In this document: positions 17,029 through 22,693 of the stretch, piece by piece
Layout: every line of letters begins with the position of its first letter
Position numbering within the stretch: the stretch's first letter is position 1
Made by a program: the position numbers and the translations under genes
The notes under the pieces: generated by a model
The model's database searches: none
What the model saw: only the letters and a program-made list of their open reading frames with translations
What the model was told of the DNA's origin: nothing
IMG/VR virus record: IMGVR_UViG_3300002920_000041
Coordinates: 1 to 43,140 of that record
DNA: 43,140 nt
From: a virus
Strand: one strand, 5' to 3'

Positions 17029-17621
17029 CGCCGAGCGGGCGCGACGCTAGGCTCGGCGATGCGGTCAGTAAAGCGGTATTGCAGACGGTCGTCACGGCTA
17101 TTGAGAAGGTCTTGATGGGTATCGGGGATGGGTTGTGCGATGAAATTTCAAAAGCTGCGCATGAAATTTCAACAGCTCAAGATGAAATTTCACAGCAGGG
17201 CAATGAAATTTCAAATCGGGGTGATGAAATTTCAAGTCGAGGGAATGAAATTTCAAGGGACAGGACTGAAATTTCAAGCCATGAAAATGAAATTTCAAGG
17301 GGCGGCGTTGAAATTTCATCGGGCGGCGATAGCAGGCGGCGTGAAGGCTGCCGAGACAGTGAGACGGGTCGATTGGCAGGACTTGAAATTTCAAGTGAAA
17401 TTTCATCCGCTGAAATTGAAATTTCAAGAGGCGATGAAATTTCAAGTGAAATTTCATCCGAAATCGCAAGGCATCCTAAGCCGCTCAACGCCAAAGCGGT
17501 CGCGGATATCCTGCGCAACAATCCCGATTTGCTCCACATGCGCGGCAAGGATTTGGCGGCAGTGTTTGGCGTCACGCCTGTCGTTATCACAAGGGCGAGA
17601 AAGTTAGTAGCTCATGGCTAA
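17025..17621 (+). CDS. EIS-repeat protein with a C-terminal helix-turn-helix-like segment. The gene carries the TGAAATTTCA iteron array.
   Basis: A GTG start overlaps the upstream stop (ATGTGA), and the stop overlaps the next ATG by 8 nt, so it is translationally coupled in the operon. It has 14 x-E-I-S units. The C-terminus reads GKDLAAVFGVTPVVITRARKLV. Confidence 0.65.
   Translation: MTPSGRDARLGDAVSKAVLQTVVTAIEKVLMGIGDGLCDEISKAAHEISTAQDEISQQGNEISNRGDEISSRGNEISRDRTEISSHENEISRGGVEISSGGDSRRREGCRDSETGRLAGLEISSEISSAEIEISRGDEISSEISSEIARHPKPLNAKAVADILRNNPDLLHMRGKDLAAVFGVTPVVITRARKLVAHG
17141..17318. repeat. Iteron array A: nine exact copies of the palindromic TGAAATTTCA at exact 21-bp spacing
   Basis: Copies start at 17141, 17162, 17183, 17204, 17225, 17246, 17267, 17288 and 17309. 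The 11-bp spacers are variable. Confidence 0.95.
17384..17460. repeat. Iteron array B: five more exact TGAAATTTCA copies, one TGAAATTGAAA variant and a 26-nt internal direct repeat
   Basis: Copies start at 17384, 17396, 17417, 17435 and 17447 (spacings 12, 21, 18, 12). TGAAATTTCAAGTGAAATTTCATCCG occurs at 17384-17409 and at 17435-17460. TGAAATTGAAA at 17411-17421 equals the arm of the 64-bp palindromes. Confidence 0.95.
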
Positions 17622-18306
17622 GCGACTGTTCGAAAGCCCTTCGCTTTTCCAAGAATTCATGGACAAGCCCTTCAATAGAGGCGAACAGCCGCTTTCCTTC
17701 TATCTTGAGCGGTTTAAGGCGCTCGTCAAAAGCATCGCCAATCAATACCTTGATTTGGCGGAAAAGGCGGCTTACAGCTTTGAGGACTTGGCGCAAATCG
17801 GCTACGAGGCGCTGCAAAGGGCTTATGGGCGGTTCGACCCCGATCGGAAACGGCGCAACAGGTCGAGCGGCTCAATCGGGCATTTCTTCTCATACGCAAA
17901 GCAGGCGATCACACGGTCAATCGAGCGTGAGGTGTTCGCCGCTGTCGGCTTGCCTAGCAATTACCGCGCGCGCCGCGAGCCTGACATCGCTCCGATCGTC
18001 CAACTAAGCCTTGAAGGGCTTGTCGAGGAGGGCATTACGCCTTATCAGTTAATTGACAACTCATCACTAGAGGAGGAAATAATTAAACAGGAAACAAATC
18101 AAGAGCAGCTGGAAATTATCCTTGAAAGTCTATACACTCTTAACAGCGCTGAGCGATTCATAGTTGAAAGAATGCTGAGCGGGGTATCGCTTGAGGATAT
18201 CGAGAGCGATTTCCAAAGAGAGCATTCAGAGAGCGCAAAGATCGTGTTCAGACAAGCGGTATCGAAAATTCGTAGAGCAGTCAGAAAGCGGAGGAAAAAC
18301 CAATGA
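17614..18306 (+). CDS. Sigma-70-family RNA polymerase sigma factor (phage-encoded, copy 1)
   Basis: Region 2-like YEALQRAYGRFDPDRK...FFSYAKQAITRSIEREV. Region 4-like LNSAERFIVERMLSGVSLEDIESDF...FRQAVSKIRRAV. Confidence 0.7.
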   Translation: MAKRLFESPSLFQEFMDKPFNRGEQPLSFYLERFKALVKSIANQYLDLAEKAAYSFEDLAQIGYEALQRAYGRFDPDRKRRNRSSGSIGHFFSYAKQAITRSIEREVFAAVGLPSNYRARREPDIAPIVQLSLEGLVEEGITPYQLIDNSSLEEEIIKQETNQEQLEIILESLYTLNSAERFIVERMLSGVSLEDIESDFQREHSESAKIVFRQAVSKIRRAVRKRRKNQ

Positions 18307-19016
18307 TAGTCCCTAATGAGCGATTCAATGAGCGCTATAACCCGCGTGATAGTAAGTCAGAACCCATCGAAAAGCTAAAATTCAAATGCATAGGAGCAGC
18401 TTCTCTAAACTCACATGGTGACCAGTGGCTTTTCGAAGACCTTTTGCAGACCGCTTACGAAACGGTATTGGTCTGCGCTAATCGGTTCGATCCGAAAAGA
18501 GCGGGCGGCGATACCTATAGGCATTTCTACAGCTACGCATCGGTCGCAATAGACCGCAACGTCCGGGATGCGGCGGCGCAATTCAGCAGCAGCCCAAAGC
18601 CGATTGTCGAAAAATCAGCGGTCAAAGACTCCAAAAAGCCAAAGAAAACGCGCGGCAAGCGCGGCGTTGAGTTTGTGTCTGAGGATATCCTAGACCTTCA
18701 CCCTGACCCGCGCCCTGACCCTGAAGCCGCGCTCGAAATCAAGAGCCGCGAGGAGAAAATCAAGGCGCTAATCAAAATCGCGTTGGATGCTTTAGATGAG
18801 CGCCTGCGTTTTATCGTTGTAGCCCGTTTTGGGCTTGAGACAGGTGTTCCCATCGACGGCGCGGCTTTAGCGGCGCGCTATGAAGCTCGTTTTGGCGCAA
18901 AGCTCACTAAGTTGAATACGATGTACAAACAAGCTTTTCGCAAAATGCGGGCTGCATTGGAAAGGGCTGGCTATGCCACAAAGTCGGAGGAGATCGCCGA
19001 ACTATTCGGATTCTGA
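18303..19016 (+). CDS. Sigma-70-family RNA polymerase sigma factor (phage-encoded, copy 2)
   Basis: ATGA overlap with copy 1. Region 2-like YETVLVCANRFDPKRAGGDTYRHFYSYASVAIDRNVRDAA. Region 4-like LDERLRFIVVARFGLE...MYKQAFRKMRAAL. Confidence 0.7.
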   Translation: MIVPNERFNERYNPRDSKSEPIEKLKFKCIGAASLNSHGDQWLFEDLLQTAYETVLVCANRFDPKRAGGDTYRHFYSYASVAIDRNVRDAAAQFSSSPKPIVEKSAVKDSKKPKKTRGKRGVEFVSEDILDLHPDPRPDPEAALEIKSREEKIKALIKIALDALDERLRFIVVARFGLETGVPIDGAALAARYEARFGAKLTKLNTMYKQAFRKMRAALERAGYATKSEEIAELFGF

Positions 19017-19497
19017 ACCCGTCGAGATCGTTTTCGAAACTGAACTCGACGTAACTAAGAAATTGCCCGCCTACGTGAGCCTTGCCGACCGAGCCGTTGA
19101 TGACGAGACGGCTCGGCGGCTCGGCGTTTTTCTGGTCAAAGTCACAGAAGGGCTGCCGCTTTCAAACGCGGCGGCGGGGAGCGGGTTGCCCGCCAAATTC
19201 ATCAAAGGGCTGCTGAAGGAAAGCGCGCAATTCAATCAGTTGTATGAGCGCGCGGTAGCCATATTTGTTGAGAAGACGCTAACAGCGCTGAAAACAGACG
19301 GCAAGTCATGGCAACGCTTTGCTTGGATTCTTGAGCGCCGTTTCCCTGAAGAATTCGGCAATGGCGCGCTGTTGCGGATATCTGATGAGGATCAGGCGCT
19401 GCTCAGAAAGCTCGGCATGACGCCGCAAAGCGCATGGCGCGCGCTGATGAGCGCCCTTGAGCGCAAAATGGTAGAGCAGGATGGGCAAGACAGCTAA
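18973..19497 (+). CDS. Putative terminase small subunit (assigned by position)
   Basis: It lies immediately upstream of, and overlaps, the large terminase gene. It has an HTH-like segment LPLSNAAAGSGLPAKFIKGLL. The start is uncertain because the ATG at 18973 overlaps the sigma gene by 44 nt. Confidence 0.45.
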   Translation: MPQSRRRSPNYSDSEPVEIVFETELDVTKKLPAYVSLADRAVDDETARRLGVFLVKVTEGLPLSNAAAGSGLPAKFIKGLLKESAQFNQLYERAVAIFVEKTLTALKTDGKSWQRFAWILERRFPEEFGNGALLRISDEDQALLRKLGMTPQSAWRALMSALERKMVEQDGQDS

Positions 19498-20815
19498 TCC
19501 AAAGCGGGCGCCAAAACGGCAAAAGCAAACAAAAGCCGACAAAGGTCAGGATTTGCTGAACGCTGCCATTGACGAGCTGACGCCCGTCATGGCGAGCCGC
19601 GTCACGCCCGTCACTTTCAAATTCAACATGACCCCTATGCAGCGCCTCATCTACGACAGCAAGGCGCGGTTTAGAGTCGTCGCTTGCGGGCGGCGTGCTG
19701 GTAAAACCTATCTAGGGGCAATCATTGCTATCGAGACAGCCCTGAGAGGCAAGGACGTTTGGTGGATCGCCCCTACTTATGAGATTGGCTTGATAGGATT
19801 GCACACCATCAAGCGCTTAGCCGCGCCTGTCGGTTTCACTGAGAATCGCACACGCCGCCTAATCCAATTCGGCAAGGGCTTCATACAAGTGAAAAGCGCT
19901 GACAAGCCTGACAATCTGAGAGGAGCAGGGCTTGATTTGGCGATTTTCGATGAGGCTGCCCTCATGCCGCCCGAAATATGGAATGAAATCTTGCGCCCGA
20001 CTCTCATCGACAGGCAAGGGCAGGCGCTTTTCCTAAGCACGCCCAAAGGCTTGAATTGGTTTCATGAGATTTTCAGGAAAGGCTTAGAAGGCGAGCCTGA
20101 ATGGGCTTCATTCAACTTTCCAACAGCTGCTAATACATTCCTGCCTAAGATTGAGTCCGAGATTGAAGCCGCTAGGGCGGCGATGCCTGATGTTCTCTTC
20201 AAACAGGAAATTTTGGCGGAGTTCATAGACGACGTCGGCGGCGTGTTCAGCGCCGTGCTGGACAACGCGACCTTGTCAACCGAGCCGCCAATCAGCGGAG
20301 CGCTATACAGCGTCGGAATCGACCTCGCGCGGCTCAACGATTACACGGTCGTGTCTATTTTGCGGACGGATGTTTCGCCCGCTCGTCAGGTCTTCATCGA
20401 CCGCTTCCACCAGATGGCGTGGCAAGACCAAATCGTGCGAATCGCTAAGACGATCAGCCGCTATAAGCCGCAAACTGTAAGAGTCGACCAAACAGGCGTC
20501 GGCGACGCCGTCTTGCAATTCGCCCGCTCGCAATGGGCAGCGCAAGGCGCGTCTGTGATTGGCGTGACCCTGACCAATGAGGTCAAGGCGTCAATCATAC
20601 AAAATTTGGCGCTCGCCCTTGAGAAGGGAAACTTGCTTCTGCTTGATGACCCTGTTCAGAAGATTGAGTTGGTGTCATTTGAGATGGAACGGCTCAGCAG
20701 CGGCAGGTTCAGATATGGTGCGCCGTCAAATAAGCATGACGATACCGTCATCGCCCTCGCCTTAGCCGCACAATCCGTCACGTCGCCAAACGATGTATGG
20801 TGCGCCGTTTGGTAA
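19481..20815 (+). CDS. terL: Terminase large subunit
   Basis: Walker A VACGRRAGKTY, Walker B DLAIFDEAA, coupling LSTPKG. Nuclease acidic motifs GIDLARLNDYTVV, VDQTGVGDAV and KHDDTVIALALA. Confidence 0.85.
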   Translation: MGKTANPKRAPKRQKQTKADKGQDLLNAAIDELTPVMASRVTPVTFKFNMTPMQRLIYDSKARFRVVACGRRAGKTYLGAIIAIETALRGKDVWWIAPTYEIGLIGLHTIKRLAAPVGFTENRTRRLIQFGKGFIQVKSADKPDNLRGAGLDLAIFDEAALMPPEIWNEILRPTLIDRQGQALFLSTPKGLNWFHEIFRKGLEGEPEWASFNFPTAANTFLPKIESEIEAARAAMPDVLFKQEILAEFIDDVGGVFSAVLDNATLSTEPPISGALYSVGIDLARLNDYTVVSILRTDVSPARQVFIDRFHQMAWQDQIVRIAKTISRYKPQTVRVDQTGVGDAVLQFARSQWAAQGASVIGVTLTNEVKASIIQNLALALEKGNLLLLDDPVQKIELVSFEMERLSSGRFRYGAPSNKHDDTVIALALAAQSVTSPNDVWCAVW

Positions 20816-20821
20816 CGCAAA

Positions 20822-20844
20822 CGCGCGGCGTGTTCAGCCGCGCG
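20822..20844. terminator. Hairpin between convergent terL and 20877..21200; possible bidirectional terminator
   Basis: CGCGCGGC (20822-20829), loop gtgttca, GCCGCGCG (20837-20844). The downstream T-tract is poor. Confidence 0.35.
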
Positions 20845-20876
20845 CTTGTGAGCTTTGTCATGCTTGGCAGGCGTGA

Positions 20877-21200
20877 TTAGCTCTGGATATCCTCAGGCAA
20901 TTCACCCGTCTCAAAAATGCGCTTCAGCAACCCACCAATGTAGTCTAATAGCAGTTCAGAGACGTATACGAATTCCGCCATGTAGAGACCTAAAATAGCC
21001 TCACTGCCCAGTTCGACAAGCTCCTCTCTCTTCAGCCCGTGTTTGCGGATCGCCAATTCCATGAAGGCGATGAACTTGTCATCAACGAGGCTCTCGACCG
21101 ATTCCTGCAAGTCTAAGTCCTCAATGATTGAAGCGACCGCGATCGAGACCAAAAGGCGCTGCTCTTCAGCGCTTAGCCGTTCGAACTTCTGTTTGCTCAT
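20877..21200 (-). CDS. Small, strongly acidic hypothetical protein (107 aa); a lone leftward gene
   Basis: TAGGAGG SD on the minus strand. About 25 Asp/Glu against about 11 Lys/Arg. It is transcribed divergently from the structural operon. Confidence 0.75.
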   Translation of the reverse strand: MSKQKFERLSAEEQRLLVSIAVASIIEDLDLQESVESLVDDKFIAFMELAIRKHGLKREELVELGSEAILGLYMAEFVYVSELLLDYIGGLLKRIFETGELPEDIQS

Positions 21201-21667
21201 AATTGCTGCCTCCTATATCCAAAATTAGGCTAACGCTGCCAATCGAGACATTTTCTCCAAAAACCCGATTTTTGAGCCTTTCTGAAAGTTTTAAAGCTCA
21301 ATGTGTAATCTATAGGGGCGGGTCGTTTCATAGGGTCTGCAGCCCGATTTTTTAGGCTATCGAATACGCAACGCGACAAAACAGCAGTTTAGAAAAAAAG
21401 AGACCGATTCCCTAGCCCCCGCTTTACACTTCAATCTTGGTTCAGCACACCAGAGCTAAAACAGCCCGTGACAAGCGAGGGAAGCCGTTTTGAATCGCGG
21501 CAAGCGTTTAGAGGCTCAAATTTAAGCGGCTATTCTTCAGGCGTGGCAGAGCAGGCGGCTCTTAGGTAAGGTTCACGCTAAGTGACCCTGACCGCGTTAG
21601 AGTGAATATACAACTTAGCAGGTTTTTGAAGGTCGCAAAAGATGCCGACCAGCAGTGGGTAGCGGCG

Positions 21668-21733
21668 ATTTTCAATTTCACTACAAAGCCATCAGATAAT
21701 ATTTAATGATGACTTTGTAGTGAAATTGAAAAT
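21668..21733. promoter_or_regulatory. 64-66-bp near-perfect palindrome, copy 2 of 2, upstream of the structural operon
   Basis: Arms TTTTCAATTTCACTACAAAG (21669-21688) and CTTTGTAGTGAAATTGAAAA (21713-21732). The inner CATCA/TGATG and AAT/ATT pairs differ from copy 1 but remain self-complementary. Confidence 0.85.
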
Positions 21734-21848
21734 GGATCGGCTGATGCCCTCCTCGCTTGGAAATTGATTGTCAGGCGGCTTTGCTCAAGCCGCTCCAAAG
21801 CGCGCTATATGCCTTGCTCTGCTAAGTTGGCAGCAGAGGAGTCAGCTT

Positions 21849-22691
21849 ATGGTCTTGCCAATCTTCCGCTTGGCGCGGCAGTTCAACTTTCGAATCGTGA
21901 TTAAGGACGGCGCTTACTTGCTGGGCGGCGCGGGCTTTGCCTTCATCCCTATTGAGGGCGCGTTCACATACCCCCGCAAAATCCTGCGAATCCCTGCAGA
22001 GGACGGGCGTTTGCGCTTTGAGAGCGGCGTTGTCATTGTCGAGCGCGATGCTGGGCTAGGCTTAGCTGAAGAGGTTTTGGCGACCGAAACCTATAAGCAA
22101 AAGTTGCCACGCCGCAATCGAGAGCGCAATTTGCGTGGATTCGCGCTGCCAAACAATATGCTTCCTGAGTGGATAGGCGGGCTTAGCTTGCCTGCAGCGA
22201 TAAGCGAACACCTGCACAGTTTGCCTGCCCGTCGCGTCAGCTTTTCGGACGGGTACGCCACAGTCCTGACGCCCGATTGCCACATCTCAACGCCTATCAA
22301 GCCCGAAATCGACATTGGCAAGGCTTATGACATGGGCTTGATTTTGACGGCGCGCACCCTGTCATTTTACAGCGGCGCTGTCGTCGAGAGCGGTTTGCGT
22401 TACACGAATAATAAGAGCGGTGTGTACATATTCGCTCAGGCGTTGAATCCGCTCAAGCCCTGCAAATTTGAAGGCGGTGACGTTATCCCTGCTCAAGCGC
22501 TGAATTACAGCGTCTCAGGTAACGACGCCGTCCTTGATTTGAGCTGCATAGACCACGAGCCGATTCGTGTCCCGCGCAGCCCGTTCACGGCATTGATGCA
22601 TGGCGCTAAGACAATTCGTGTCAAGGTGAGTCGGGATTTTGCGATGTTTGAGACCGAGAGCGGCATCGGCAGCCTCAGGATAAGGAGTTGA
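21849..22691 (+). CDS. Hypothetical protein (280 aa); first gene of the structural operon
   Basis: The ATG at 21849, 7 nt after AGAGGAG, is preferred to the TTG at 21768. No motif recognised. Confidence 0.75.
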   Translation: MVLPIFRLARQFNFRIVIKDGAYLLGGAGFAFIPIEGAFTYPRKILRIPAEDGRLRFESGVVIVERDAGLGLAEEVLATETYKQKLPRRNRERNLRGFALPNNMLPEWIGGLSLPAAISEHLHSLPARRVSFSDGYATVLTPDCHISTPIKPEIDIGKAYDMGLILTARTLSFYSGAVVESGLRYTNNKSGVYIFAQALNPLKPCKFEGGDVIPAQALNYSVSGNDAVLDLSCIDHEPIRVPRSPFTALMHGAKTIRVKVSRDFAMFETESGIGSLRIRS

Positions 22692-22693
22692 GC

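Noticed and set aside
17141-17460. The regular repeat-spacer pattern could be mistaken for a CRISPR array
   Set aside because: The repeats are only 10 bp and the spacers 2-11 bp, far below CRISPR dimensions. All units are in frame within a translationally coupled ORF, and there are no cas genes.
17098-17607. ORFs 17098..17469(-), 17128..17607(+) and 17177..17590(-), which overlap the repeat gene
   Set aside because: The palindromic, stop-poor repeat keeps two frames open on each strand, giving the MKFQ- and LEIS-type shadow translations. Only 17025..17621 has start/stop coupling with both neighbours.
21541-21610. A tRNA-like look (gcgtggcagagcaggcgg ... ggttcacgctaagtgacc) in the long intergenic gap
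   Set aside because: No acceptor stem pairs. The GGTTCAC...GTGACC hairpin has a 5-nt loop instead of the 7-nt T-loop with GTTCRANY. The D- and anticodon-arm geometry cannot be built.
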